Shown here one piece after another: positions 17,017 to 27,246 of a DNA stretch of 62,583 nt. The position numbers were made by a program, and so were the translations under genes. Origin of the DNA: an uncultured Thermoplasmatales archaeon (lineage in GTDB: Archaea > Thermoplasmatota > E2 > UBA202 > JdFR-43); the NCBI GenBank assembly GCA_965563795.1, contig CBEXJS010000001.1, positions 1-62,583 of the forward strand, in the 5' to 3' direction. The first letter of the stretch is position 1. Each line of letters begins with the position of its first letter. A model generated the notes under the pieces. The model was not told the DNA's origin and searched no databases. It saw only the letters and a list, made by a program, of their open reading frames with translations.

Positions 17017-17786
17017 TTTCTCTCAATATATTTTAGAATACTTTCAAATATTTCTCTTCCATCGGCTTTTTTCCAATTTAAATTCTGCCATTCATAAAAA
17101 ACTCTCTCTGGATGAGGCATCATCCCCATTACATTTCCTTCTCTATTGCAAATTCCAGCTATATTATATATTGAGCCATTTGGATTCCATGGATATCCCG
17201 CTTCTTTGCCGTTCATATCTACATATCTAAAAACAACTTGTTTTTCATTTACTTCTTGAGCATATTCATCATTTTTAAAAATAATTTTTCCTTCCATATG
17301 AGCAGATGGAATCAAACATATTTTTCCTTTTGGCATACCTTCTGTTAGCTTACAATTCCCTTCATGCCTAATGAAAGTTTGCCTGCATTCAAACCTATTT
17401 GAGTCATTTGTTGCAAGAGAAGCTTCAGGCATCTCGCTAATCCCATTCAATGCTGGAAGCAATCCCAACTCTATTAAAACTTGAAAACCATTGCAAACAC
17501 CAACAATTGCATATCCATCTTCAACAATTCTCACTAAATCCTTCATCAAATTTGCTTTCAAGCGCGCTGCAAATATTGCGCCAGCCCTCACATAGTCTCC
17601 TGCTGAAAATCCTCCTGGAAAGAAAATGCAATGATAGTCATCAAATTTTTTCTTTTTTCTTTCCAATTCTTTCAAATGGACATATTCTGGATTTGCTTCA
17701 AGTTCCTTAAATGCAAGATATGTTTCATATTCGCAATTAGTTCCTTCCATTTGAAGAATTGCTACCTTTATTTCCTCTCTTTTCAC
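17010..17786 (-). CDS. purQ: Phosphoribosylformylglycinamidine synthase I (glutaminase subunit)
   Basis: Has GVCNGFQ (Cys nucleophile) and MMPHPER. Length is 258 aa. Confidence 0.9.
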   Translation of the reverse strand: MKREEIKVAILQMEGTNCEYETYLAFKELEANPEYVHLKELERKKKKFDDYHCIFFPGGFSAGDYVRAGAIFAARLKANLMKDLVRIVEDGYAIVGVCNGFQVLIELGLLPALNGISEMPEASLATNDSNRFECRQTFIRHEGNCKLTEGMPKGKICLIPSAHMEGKIIFKNDEYAQEVNEKQVVFRYVDMNGKEAGYPWNPNGSIYNIAGICNREGNVMGMMPHPERVFYEWQNLNWKKADGREIFESILKYIERKW

Positions 17787-17830
17787 ATTTGTATATATGC
17801 TTTATTATAAAAAAATTGGCAAGTTGTAAT

Positions 17831-19657
17831 TCATTTATTTTCTAAATGCTCCTCAATATATGTCCAATTCACCCTATAAACTCTGCACCATTCTTTTGCA
17901 TTTGGAATGGGCTTATCTAATGCTCCAATAAATGGATATTCATCAACATATTTTCCTTTTTTCAAAGCTTCCATCCATTCATCATCGCTCATAAGTTTTT
18001 TATCTGATTTTGCTTCAAAAATTAATTCAAATGGCTCATGATTGAATTTATTGAAACAACTTGCATCCATTTTATTTTCTGTTCCATTTGGAAATAGTTG
18101 AACTCCGTCTCTTAGCATAACGGAATCGATTACAACATAGCCAATTTTGCTGAAATTTCCACCGCAACCATAGCCATACAATTCTCTTAAGCAACTTTTA
18201 TTTGTCCAATTTGTTGAAAACCATAAGTGGAAAGCATAATGATATGTAGTATTGAAACCATAAGCCCATAGTAATGTGCTTATCCTATGGTCGCTTGCCA
18301 CCGTTAAATTCGGAGAGATTGTTTGTAAATATTCTATTGCCTCATATACTTCATATGGGATTTTCTCTTCAAAATTTGTTGTTCTATCTTCAACTTCATA
18401 AGTTGTTGCTCCTGATATTAAAATTAGGATTACAAATGTGGAATATGCAATTTTTTTAATAGATGCAAATTTTTCTTTTATTATAGCTACAACAGCAACA
18501 GCAGAAAGCAATGAAATTGGATATGCCAAATATTCTATAGATCTTGCTACCAATATGAAATTTTTAATAAGAAGGGAAGAGAAAAAGAAGAAAAGAAGTA
18601 AAATCAACATTCCTCTTATTTCTGCATCATTTTTCATTGTCTTTATTCTGTTCCATCCTATTATTGATAAAGACAATATAATATATGTTGGCAGGAGAAA
18701 TGGAATGGATGATAAATGAAAAGCAAAACCGGTTCCAAAATCTTCAATGCTAAATAGAATTGTAAATGAGAGGAGAAATATAAATATGGCAAAAAGCAAT
18801 TTTATTTCTCTCTTGCTATCAAAAGGTTTTGGACTATATTTTATTTTTAAAAAGCAAATAAGCATTAAAGCAAGAATGGCTGAAGAATAAAATAGAATGA
18901 AAAATATTAGAGGAGGAATAAAAATTATTGGAGAAATGAGGTTGTATACTACAGGTGTTGCAAATAATGCCCAGTAAAGAAAAGTAAATAGGGTAATGAA
19001 TGAAAAATAAGCTATATCTGCCAAATCTATTTTATTTTCTTTTAGAGCTCTAAATAAGATAATGCCAAAAATTATTGTTATATATATGGCGGTTGATAAA
19101 TGGTGAGATAATACAAGCAGAATAGAAGAAATGATTAGAAATGGATATGCTACTTTTTTTCTTCCCTTTAAAAGAAAAAGTAGAAGAGATATAGTTAAAA
19201 ATAAATGCCCAACAGTTAAAGGGGCTGCGTGAGAAGTTTGATATGCGTGGAATGGATTTCCTGCAAGGGTAGCAGCTGTTACTATAGCTATTTTTTTATC
19301 AGTTAGTTCTTTTGCAATAAAATAAAAAACAATAACTGTTAAAGCTCCAATAATTGGAGCAATTATTTTAAGCAAAAAAGCAAGATTAATTTTAGTTGGC
19401 AAGTAGATTGCTAAAGTAATCAAATATAACATTGGAAAATAGTTGTAGCTGGCGCCCCAGCCATCGTATGGTGGAAAAATTGTTTTATATTCTAAGATTC
19501 TGAGGCACAAGCCATAATAAATTCCAAAATCATTTCCCCATCCCCAATATAGCCAAGATGGTATTGCTCTTATTACATAAGCAAATAAAAAAATGCTCAG
19601 CAAGAGATGCCACTCCCTAAATTTCACGAGACTATAACATTCAAAATATATAAGCAT
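17831..19657 (-). CDS. GT-C fold membrane glycosyltransferase (ArnT/PMT-like) with a C-terminal extracytoplasmic domain
   Basis: About 12 TM helices precede a soluble tail of about 190 aa. The first loop reads WGWGNDFGIYYG ... DGWGASYNYFP. The track ORF starts at TTG 19663; the first ATG is at 19657. Confidence 0.4.
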   Translation of the reverse strand: MLIYFECYSLVKFREWHLLLSIFLFAYVIRAIPSWLYWGWGNDFGIYYGLCLRILEYKTIFPPYDGWGASYNYFPMLYLITLAIYLPTKINLAFLLKIIAPIIGALTVIVFYFIAKELTDKKIAIVTAATLAGNPFHAYQTSHAAPLTVGHLFLTISLLLFLLKGRKKVAYPFLIISSILLVLSHHLSTAIYITIIFGIILFRALKENKIDLADIAYFSFITLFTFLYWALFATPVVYNLISPIIFIPPLIFFILFYSSAILALMLICFLKIKYSPKPFDSKREIKLLFAIFIFLLSFTILFSIEDFGTGFAFHLSSIPFLLPTYIILSLSIIGWNRIKTMKNDAEIRGMLILLLFFFFSSLLIKNFILVARSIEYLAYPISLLSAVAVVAIIKEKFASIKKIAYSTFVILILISGATTYEVEDRTTNFEEKIPYEVYEAIEYLQTISPNLTVASDHRISTLLWAYGFNTTYHYAFHLWFSTNWTNKSCLRELYGYGCGGNFSKIGYVVIDSVMLRDGVQLFPNGTENKMDASCFNKFNHEPFELIFEAKSDKKLMSDDEWMEALKKGKYVDEYPFIGALDKPIPNAKEWCRVYRVNWTYIEEHLENK

Positions 19658-19671
19658 AACCAATTAATATC

Positions 19672-20460
19672 ATGCAATTTATTGAAAAGGCATTGCAAAA
19701 GATGAAAACTGAGCCTGCATTTTTAAAATTAAAGGGAAAAATTATGGTAGCAGGTGACACCCATGGAGATGTTGTTATTTCAAAGGAGATAGTAAAGAAA
19801 TTTTTTGAGGAAAATTATGATTATCTTGTTTTTCTCGGAGATTATATAGATAGAGCTCCTCCAGATGTTGGAAGCTCCGCATATAATATTAATTTTTTAT
19901 TAGAAATGAAAGCAAATTATCCTGATAAAATTTATCTCCTTAAAGGAAATCATGAAGCAAATTATGCAATTCCGTGCTATCCACATGAATTTAAAGATGA
20001 AGTTGGAGAAGAGTATGAGAAATATATAGCTATTTTCAAGGAAATGCCTCTTGCAGGTATGCTCAATAATGTATTTGTAGCTCATGGAGGCATATTTAAA
20101 GGGGATTTAGAAAATATGGATAAAAATGATATGGAAGCAATAGAAGCTTTGACATGGAGTGATCCAGCAATTGCAAATTTGTATAGGGGAGCGGGAATAC
20201 CTTTCAACTATGAAGATTTGGAAGAATTTTTGGCAAAGTTAGATGCCAAAGCGTTCATAAGAGGGCATGATTATAATTTGAACGGAATAATCGTTTATGA
20301 AAAATGTTTAACTATTTTTTCCTCAAGATTATACAAGGATATGGGAAATAAGGGTATTCTAATAGCAAAAATTAATGGCAAAATCAATAGTATTGATGAT
20401 ATAATTGTGGAAGATTTTTCTGATGGAAAATGGAAGAATTACATTCCAAAGAAACTTTAG
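19672..20460 (+). CDS. PPP-family metallophosphoesterase (Ser/Thr phosphatase-like)
   Basis: Carries GDTHGD, GDYIDRA and GNHE, the three PPP/calcineurin-like motifs. Confidence 0.65.
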   Translation: MQFIEKALQKMKTEPAFLKLKGKIMVAGDTHGDVVISKEIVKKFFEENYDYLVFLGDYIDRAPPDVGSSAYNINFLLEMKANYPDKIYLLKGNHEANYAIPCYPHEFKDEVGEEYEKYIAIFKEMPLAGMLNNVFVAHGGIFKGDLENMDKNDMEAIEALTWSDPAIANLYRGAGIPFNYEDLEEFLAKLDAKAFIRGHDYNLNGIIVYEKCLTIFSSRLYKDMGNKGILIAKINGKINSIDDIIVEDFSDGKWKNYIPKKL

Positions 20461-21629
20461 TCATCAAATGTTGCAAGTAAAATTGCTGAAATTAAGGAAA
20501 GCACTGCTCCATATATAAAAGTTAATTCTGGCAATAAATCCCATAGCTTTCCAGCTATTATTCCTGCTGGTATAGATGCAAAGCCAATGGAAGCTTGGAA
20601 AATTCCTTGTGCCGTTCCTCTGCTTTTGCTTAAATCGGATACAAATGCTCTCTGATTTCCTTCTATGAATGCATACACAGCCCCATATAGAAGGAAAAGA
20701 GCTATGGATAATGGAATGAAATATTGGGATGGAAAATATGGAATGAATATAAAGCCAACACATACAAATGTAAATGTAATGTATCCTAAGGATATGACAA
20801 ATTTTCTTCCAATTTTGTCAGATAATTTTCCAAAATATCTTGCAAGCATTGCATATGAAATGTTAAATAAGGCATATAGGAATATAGCATAAAATATATT
20901 TTCCATCCCTATTCTTAGTAAAAAGAAGGCATAGCTAAAATTACCAAAGTAAAAAATTGTTGCAATTAAAATAAATTTTTTAAGTTTCCATGATATTTTC
21001 TCTTTTTCTTCTTTCTCCTTGCTAATTATTTCTCTCACCAAAAAAATAGGAGGAATTGCTAAAAATGCGATTAAGCTTGCTATAATCAAAATGATTTTTA
21101 ACATTTCTTTGACTTCTTCATTTCCAACAAGTTCTTTTAAAGGCAGATTGGCAGGAAATCCAAAAAACCATAAGAGAGATAAAACCAATATGCTTCCAAC
21201 AACAGCTCCAGCTGTATCTAAAGCCCTATGTATTCCATACGCTTCTCCCCTCTTTTCCTTAACTAAATCACCAATTAAAGCATCTCTCGGTGGCCCTCTT
21301 ATTCCTTTCCCTATTCTTTCTATGCCTCTCAAAAACAAAATGTGCCACCAGTGGGTTGAGAATGGAAAGAAGAGTTTTGAAACAGCAGATGAACCATAGC
21401 CAGCTACCATAAATATCTTTCTTTTTCCTATTCTATCTGAAATTTTTCCTGAAAAGATTTTTGCAAAATTGGCAATGGCGTCGCCAAACCCCATTATTAA
21501 ACCAACAGCCAAACCAGTTCCTCCTAATGAATATATGAAGAAGGGCAGAATAGGCATAATCATCTCACTACTTACATCAGCAAAAAAACTGATTATGCCA
21601 AGGAGCAGTATATCTCTAAATTCTTTCAT
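20457..21629 (-). CDS. MFS transporter
   Basis: The 390-aa ORF has 12 predicted TM helices and the loop 2-3 motif GKISDRIGKRK. Confidence 0.7.
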   Translation of the reverse strand: MKEFRDILLLGIISFFADVSSEMIMPILPFFIYSLGGTGLAVGLIMGFGDAIANFAKIFSGKISDRIGKRKIFMVAGYGSSAVSKLFFPFSTHWWHILFLRGIERIGKGIRGPPRDALIGDLVKEKRGEAYGIHRALDTAGAVVGSILVLSLLWFFGFPANLPLKELVGNEEVKEMLKIILIIASLIAFLAIPPIFLVREIISKEKEEKEKISWKLKKFILIATIFYFGNFSYAFFLLRIGMENIFYAIFLYALFNISYAMLARYFGKLSDKIGRKFVISLGYITFTFVCVGFIFIPYFPSQYFIPLSIALFLLYGAVYAFIEGNQRAFVSDLSKSRGTAQGIFQASIGFASIPAGIIAGKLWDLLPELTFIYGAVLSLISAILLATFDD

Positions 21630-21676
21630 TGGGAATAAAAGATAGCTATAAATTATTTTTTTCTGTGAAAAAATTA

Positions 21677-21800
21677 AAATGAAATGGGGTTGCTATAGCT
21701 TTTTCATAACAATAGCCATATGATATTGGTTTAAATAATTTAAATAAAATAATGAAAGGAGATGTTGCTATAGCAATTCCTTATACAATAATAGCCAATG
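21677..21800. repeat. Two direct copies of the short subtype of the intergenic repeat family
   Basis: Copy one is 21677-21719 (aaaatgaaatggggttgctatagctttttcataacaatagcca). Copy two is 21750-21800 (aataatgaaaggagatgttgctatagcaattccttatacaataatagccaatg) and includes the perfect 12-bp palindrome TTGCTATAGCAA. Confidence 0.7.
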
Positions 21801-21931
21801 TCATTTAAATTTACCAGACTTTCACGGTTAAAACCAGCCCAGTAAAGAATACTCTTATCCATTCTTCATTGTTTTTATTCTTCTTTTTCCTATAATGAAA
21901 AGTTTAAATGATGTTATGGAATAAGTAAAAG

Positions 21932-23608
21932 ATGGATATAGAAAAGATAGCGAGAAAATATGCTTTGCTTAATGCTATTAAATATAGAGGGAAAGCAAAT
22001 TTTAAAGCAGTTATTGGCAAGGTAATGGGAGAGATAAAAAAAGATGCAAAAGAAGTTATTCCAATTGTTAAAAAAGTGGTTGAAGAAATAAATAGCTTAT
22101 CTTTAGAGGAACAAGAAAAAGAAATTGAGAAGCTCGGAATAAGAATTGAAGAAAAGAAGAAAGAGAGGAGGAAGTTACCTCCTTTGCCTCATGCCAAAAA
22201 AGGAGAAGTTGTTACTAGATTCCCTCCAGAGCCAAATGGTTATTTGCATATAGGGCATGCTAAAGCTGCTTTTATTGACTATGAATATGCTCGCATATAC
22301 GATGGAATTTTTATTCTTCGCTTTGATGATACGAATCCTGTTAATGAAAGAAAGGAATTTTATGATGCTCAAAAAGAAGATTTAAAATGGCTTGGAATAG
22401 ATTGGGATAAAGAATATCGCACATCAGATAATCTTCCAAAACATTACGAGTTTGCTAAACAATTGCTAGAAGAGGGAAACGCATATATATGCACATGTAG
22501 TGAGGAAGAAATAAGGAAAAATAGAAGAGAAATGAAGGAGTGTAAATGCAGAAATGAAAGCCCTTATGAATGGGATGATTTTATAAAAATGAAGGAAGGA
22601 CAGGCTGTTATGCGTTTAAAAGGAGATATGTCTTCGCCAAACACCGCAATGCGGGACCCAGTGCTTTTTAGGATAATAGAACATCCTCATCCAATACATG
22701 GAACTCGCTTCCGCGTATGGCCTACATATGATTTTTATGGAGCTGTAGAAGATTCTATATCGGGCGTAACCCATCCTTTTAGGAGTAAAGAATATGAGTT
22801 AAGGGATGAAGTCTATTTTTATTTACTTGATTTACTAGGCTTAAGGAAGCCTCATTTAATGGAGTTTTCTCGCTTGGAAATAAGGGGAATGCCTGTATCA
22901 AAAAGAAAAATTAAGCCATTAATTGAAGAAGGAAAAGTAATGGGATGGGATGACCCAAGGCTTCCTACTTTAAGAGGACTTAGAAGGAGGGGAATAACAG
23001 CAGAAGCCATAAAAGAATTTGTTCTTGCCCAAGGCATTTCGAAATCAGAAAGCATAGTAGCTTTTGAAAACTTGGAGGCTATAAATAGGAAAATTTTGGA
23101 TGCCAAAGCAAAAAGATATTTCTTTGTTCCTGAACCAGTAAAAGTTACTGTAAAAAATGCTATTGAAAAAGAAATTGAGCTAAAATGCCATCCTTCCATT
23201 GATATGGGAAAAAGAAAGTTAAGAGTAGGGAAAATATTTTACATTCCTAGGGAAGATGCAATTAAGCTAAAAGAGGGACAAACATTTAGACTCAAGGATT
23301 TGTATAATGTGAAGGTTTTAGAAAAAAAGGGCAATGAGATTTTTGGCGAATTTGCTGGAGAGAAATTAATAGCAGGTGTAGAAAAAATTCAATGGGTTGG
23401 CCTAGATTATATTGAAATGGAGATTATGGTTCCTTCTCTACCTTTTAAAAATGGAGAGTTCGATGAAAACAGTTTGAAAATAATAAAAGGATATGCTGAA
23501 AAAAATATTGAAGAAGTTAAGCATGGAGAGGTAATACAGTTTGAAAGATTTGGTTTTGTAAGAATTGAAAAAGGGAAAGATATTATAGGTATTTTAGCGC
23601 ATCGTTAG
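21932..23608 (+). CDS. gltX: Glutamyl-tRNA synthetase (archaeal type)
   Basis: Has the HIGH motif NGYLHIGHAKAA and the KMSKS-equivalent VSKRK. Length is 558 aa. Confidence 0.85.
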   Translation: MDIEKIARKYALLNAIKYRGKANFKAVIGKVMGEIKKDAKEVIPIVKKVVEEINSLSLEEQEKEIEKLGIRIEEKKKERRKLPPLPHAKKGEVVTRFPPEPNGYLHIGHAKAAFIDYEYARIYDGIFILRFDDTNPVNERKEFYDAQKEDLKWLGIDWDKEYRTSDNLPKHYEFAKQLLEEGNAYICTCSEEEIRKNRREMKECKCRNESPYEWDDFIKMKEGQAVMRLKGDMSSPNTAMRDPVLFRIIEHPHPIHGTRFRVWPTYDFYGAVEDSISGVTHPFRSKEYELRDEVYFYLLDLLGLRKPHLMEFSRLEIRGMPVSKRKIKPLIEEGKVMGWDDPRLPTLRGLRRRGITAEAIKEFVLAQGISKSESIVAFENLEAINRKILDAKAKRYFFVPEPVKVTVKNAIEKEIELKCHPSIDMGKRKLRVGKIFYIPREDAIKLKEGQTFRLKDLYNVKVLEKKGNEIFGEFAGEKLIAGVEKIQWVGLDYIEMEIMVPSLPFKNGEFDENSLKIIKGYAEKNIEEVKHGEVIQFERFGFVRIEKGKDIIGILAHR

Positions 23609-24405
23609 TAAAAAGCTAAACTACCTTCTTTCATTGCCTTTTCCAGTCCTTTTCTTAATGAATATATACCTAAAATTACAAAAATCGAAGAAATGAGAAT
23701 TAGGATAACTAAGTATTGAATAGATTCTGAAGGAGAAACTATAGAAATTCTCATCCCTTCTATTGAATAGTAAAAGGGTACAAATTTTGCTACTCCTTGC
23801 AAATATTTTGGCAATATGCTAACCGGAAAGTATACACCGGAAAAAAACATGCTTATGTTTTGTATCAAGGGTATGGTTTGACCAATATTTTTAATCCATA
23901 TAGTTAATCCACTGAAAATCATTCCCAGCCCAGCCATCATTATAATGGAAACGAGGAATATGAGAAGGGTATACATGTTAGCCATGAAATATGCGTGGTA
24001 TATGAAATAGCCTACGCTTAGAAAAATAACTGTTGATATTAGCCCCATAAAGCATCCAAAAATGGTATAGGCAATAACTATTGTTAACAAGCTTGTTGAA
24101 GATAAAAGAATTGATTCTAAAGTACCAATCATCATTTCATTTCTTAGTGCTATGGAGGAGGAACTCATTACAGTCCATAAAAAGCTCCATCCTATACTTC
24201 CTATTAATAAATAAGTAACAAAATCCTGCTTGTATGGAATTAAAGCATCTGGTGTAGTTTCTTTAAACATACTTCCAAAAAGTATGAAATAAAAGAGGTT
24301 GAAAATCATATTTAAAAACATGGCTGAAAATGCCAATCTATATGTCATAAGTATTTTGAAATCTCTTTTTATGATTATTCCGATTTTTTTAATTTCTCTT
24401 ATCAT
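23605..24405 (-). CDS. ABC-2 type transporter permease
   Basis: The 266-aa ORF has 6 TM helices and overlaps the ATPase gene upstream. Confidence 0.7.
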   Translation of the reverse strand: MIREIKKIGIIIKRDFKILMTYRLAFSAMFLNMIFNLFYFILFGSMFKETTPDALIPYKQDFVTYLLIGSIGWSFLWTVMSSSSIALRNEMMIGTLESILLSSTSLLTIVIAYTIFGCFMGLISTVIFLSVGYFIYHAYFMANMYTLLIFLVSIIMMAGLGMIFSGLTIWIKNIGQTIPLIQNISMFFSGVYFPVSILPKYLQGVAKFVPFYYSIEGMRISIVSPSESIQYLVILILISSIFVILGIYSLRKGLEKAMKEGSLAFY

Positions 24406-25300
24406 TTTTAACCACAGCCATAAATATATCTTCTAAACTCGGCTCTACAGTTTTAATGCTATTTATTTTTATATCTTCATTTTCCATCATTTCTGCCAAT
24501 TTTTTAATTATTTCCTCCACATTTTTTGTTTTTATCTCCACCATATTCCCTTCTATTTTTTCTGCTATCCCTGCCAATTTTTCTGGATTTTCACAGTCTA
24601 CAATGATTTTTTTATATTCCCAATATTTTTTCTTTAATTCATTTACCTTTCCTTCAACAATTTTTTTTCCTTTATTTAGTAAAAGTATTCTGTGGCACAT
24701 TTCTTCAATTTCATAAAGATTGTGAGAGGTCCATATTATGGTTTTGTCTTTAAATTCTCTTCTTATTAGTTCCTTTATTTCGTAGGCAGTAAGAGGGTCT
24801 ATTCCAGTTAATGGTTCATCTAAAAATAGGATTGGAGGGTCATGAAGCAAAGCAACAGCTAAAGCTAACTTATGCTTCATTCCCGTTGAATATCTCATTA
24901 AAAGCTCATTTTCATAATCTTTTAAATTAAATAACTCTAGCAAATAATCTATTCTTTCATTTATATTTCTTAGCCCTCTCATTTTAGCAAAAAACTCAAG
25001 ATTTCCTCTTCCAGTCAAACGCCAGTATAAAGCCCTTGTAAATTCTCCTGCCACCACACCAATAATTTTTTTTACCCTATCTGCGTCTTTCACAACGTCA
25101 TATCCATTTATATATGCATTCCCTTCATCTGGAAGGATTAGCGTAGATAAGATTTTTACAGTTGTTGTTTTTCCAGCCCCAGTTGGACCAATTATTCCGA
25201 ATATTTCTCCCTTTCTGACATTAAAAGAGAGTTTATCTATTGCTTTTAATTCTTTTTTCTTTCTCCTATATATTTTTGTTAAATTTTTTGCTTCTATCAC
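24389..25300 (-). CDS. ABC transporter ATP-binding protein
   Basis: Has Walker A GPTGAGKTT, the signature YSTGMKHKL and Walker B ILFLDEP. Confidence 0.9.
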   Translation of the reverse strand: MIEAKNLTKIYRRKKKELKAIDKLSFNVRKGEIFGIIGPTGAGKTTTVKILSTLILPDEGNAYINGYDVVKDADRVKKIIGVVAGEFTRALYWRLTGRGNLEFFAKMRGLRNINERIDYLLELFNLKDYENELLMRYSTGMKHKLALAVALLHDPPILFLDEPLTGIDPLTAYEIKELIRREFKDKTIIWTSHNLYEIEEMCHRILLLNKGKKIVEGKVNELKKKYWEYKKIIVDCENPEKLAGIAEKIEGNMVEIKTKNVEEIIKKLAEMMENEDIKINSIKTVEPSLEDIFMAVVKNDKRN

Positions 25301-25389
25301 TCTATTTGCATCTTTCTAACTATAAAAAATTTTACTTATTTCTGGGCCGAATATAATGAAGGAGATAGTTTGTCATTTGCTTGTTGCAT

Positions 25390-25640
25390 AAAAATTTGCT
25401 ATAACGACTTTACAATTCATTTTAATTTTGGGATTTTCTCTGTATTTAACTGGAAGAAGCAATTGCATTGGCTATTTATTGCATATGAGGGATTTACTAT
25501 GGCAACCTCTCTTTTCACTTTTTGATTGCATTAGTTATATCACATGATGAAGAATTAAGCCACAACAAATGAATTCTTTTTCGAGATTGATTAAAAATTA
25601 ATGAATTGGATGTTGCCATAGTAAATTCCTTGCAAGCCAA
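25390..25640. repeat. Cluster of three units of the intergenic repeat family
   Basis: The units are 25390-25424 (aaaatttgctataacgactttacaattcatttt), 25466-25518 (cattggctatttattgcatatgagggatttactatggcaacctctcttttcac) and, inverted, 25601-25640 (atgaattggatgttgccatagtaaattccttgcaagcc). Confidence 0.7.
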
Positions 25641-25716
25641 ACAGCTTTATCTTTCATTCATTCGGTAAATGAATTCTTTTTCATTAAATTTATAAATGCT
25701 TTTTTGATAAAACTTC

Positions 25717-25932
25717 ATGATAAAAGAATTTAAATCATCTTCGGGAGATATTGTAATCAAAATTGATTATGATAAATGCACCGGCGCAGCAAAATGCGTT
25801 GAAGTTTGCCCTGTTGATATATATGAAATTGAAAATGGAAAGGCAGTTGCAAAGAATGTAGATGATTGCATTGAATGCTGTGCTTGCGTTGAATCTTGTC
25901 CAAATAATGCTATAGAGCATAGCTCTTGCTAA
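25717..25932 (+). CDS. 2x[4Fe-4S] ferredoxin
   Basis: Two cluster motifs are present, CTGAAKCVEVCP and CIECCACVESCP. Length is 71 aa. Confidence 0.85.
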   Translation: MIKEFKSSSGDIVIKIDYDKCTGAAKCVEVCPVDIYEIENGKAVAKNVDDCIECCACVESCPNNAIEHSSC

Positions 25933-26612
25933 TCTATAAATTTAACGAGAGATTTATTCAAGCTGAGTTTGTCAGAAGATTAAACAAATTCTTAGTTGAG
26001 GTTAGAATTGGAAATAAAATAACTAAAGCTCATTTACATGACCCTGGAAGATTGAGGGAAATTTTAACTGAGGGAAGAAAATTACCTTTAATTGAAAAAG
26101 GAGGGGGGAGGAAAACAAATTATGATGTAATTCTTGCTTCAATGGAAAATTGGGTTCTCATTCATTCTGGCTATCATTCAATGCTTGCTGAAAAAATTTT
26201 GAGAAAAAAGCTCATTGAAGAATTAGCAAAATATGAAATTGAAAAAAGAGAGTTTAAATATGGAAAAAGTAGAATAGATTTTTTACTGACAAACAAAAAT
26301 AAATGTTTGTTGGAAGTAAAAGGCTGTACTTTATTGAAAAATAATACTGCTCTTTTTCCAGATGCTCCAACAGAAAGAGGAAGAAGACATATTTTAGAGT
26401 TAATAAAAGCTAAAAACGATGGATATGATGTAGCTATTCTCTTTTTAGTAATGAGAGATGCTAGAAAATTCACGCCTAATTGGCAAATTGATGAAAAATT
26501 TTCAATGGCTTTAAAGGAGGCATATGGAAAAGGAGTAAAAATTATTGCTTGCAAAATAAAATACAAAGATAAGGCTCTTTATTATGATGGAAAAATAAAA
26601 GTTGTTATATAG
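25926..26612 (+). CDS. sfsA: SfsA-family nuclease/DNA-binding protein (sugar fermentation stimulation protein homolog)
   Basis: The N-terminus (F..RLNKFLVEV) and the C-terminal PD-(D/E)xK-like region (SRIDFLL ... LEVKGCT) resemble SfsA. The only in-frame start near the N-terminus is TTG at 25926. Confidence 0.7.
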   Translation: MLIYKFNERFIQAEFVRRLNKFLVEVRIGNKITKAHLHDPGRLREILTEGRKLPLIEKGGGRKTNYDVILASMENWVLIHSGYHSMLAEKILRKKLIEELAKYEIEKREFKYGKSRIDFLLTNKNKCLLEVKGCTLLKNNTALFPDAPTERGRRHILELIKAKNDGYDVAILFLVMRDARKFTPNWQIDEKFSMALKEAYGKGVKIIACKIKYKDKALYYDGKIKVVI

Positions 26613-26613
26613 C

Positions 26614-27243
26614 TTATTTTCTTCTTTTCTCACCCCATAAAAGTTTGTGAAGTTGTATTGATAAACGGGCATCAATTTCATCTTTTAGAATCCAATCAGC
26701 AAGCTTACTTGCTGGCATCTCTTTCCAAACAGGTTGCATTATTATTTGGCAATTTGGCTTATATTCTTCTATTAATTTTTTTGCATATTCATAATCTTCT
26801 CTATCCCATATTATAAATTTAAGTTCATCTATTGGTCGCAATAGCCCAATATTTTCCATCCTCATTTTTTCATGCATTTGAGATGATGGCAATTTTATAT
26901 CCATTTTCACCACTACTTTTTTATTTACCAATTCTTCAATGCTCAGTGAGCCATTTGTTTCAATGCTTACCTCATAATTTTTTTTCATAAGCAAATCAAT
27001 TAATTTGCTTATATCTTGGAGTAATGGCTCTCCCCCCGTAATGCAAACTCTTTTACATTTCCATCTCGAAATTTTTCCAATTATTTCCTCTTCTTCCATT
27101 TCTTCTCCTTCATAAAATGCATATTCTGTATCGCAATATTTACACCTTAAATTACAACCTGTTAAACGAATAAAAATTGTTGGCAAACCAACATCTGCCC
27201 CTTCGCCTTGCAAGGAATAAAAGATTTCATTAATTTTTAGCAT
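26614..27243 (-). CDS. queE: 7-carboxy-7-deazaguanine synthase (radical SAM)
   Basis: The sequence INEIFYSLQGEGADVGLPTIFIRLTGCNLRCKYCDT is the canonical QueE N-terminus. Confidence 0.85.
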   Translation of the reverse strand: MLKINEIFYSLQGEGADVGLPTIFIRLTGCNLRCKYCDTEYAFYEGEEMEEEEIIGKISRWKCKRVCITGGEPLLQDISKLIDLLMKKNYEVSIETNGSLSIEELVNKKVVVKMDIKLPSSQMHEKMRMENIGLLRPIDELKFIIWDREDYEYAKKLIEEYKPNCQIIMQPVWKEMPASKLADWILKDEIDARLSIQLHKLLWGEKRRK

Positions 27244-27246
27244 AAA

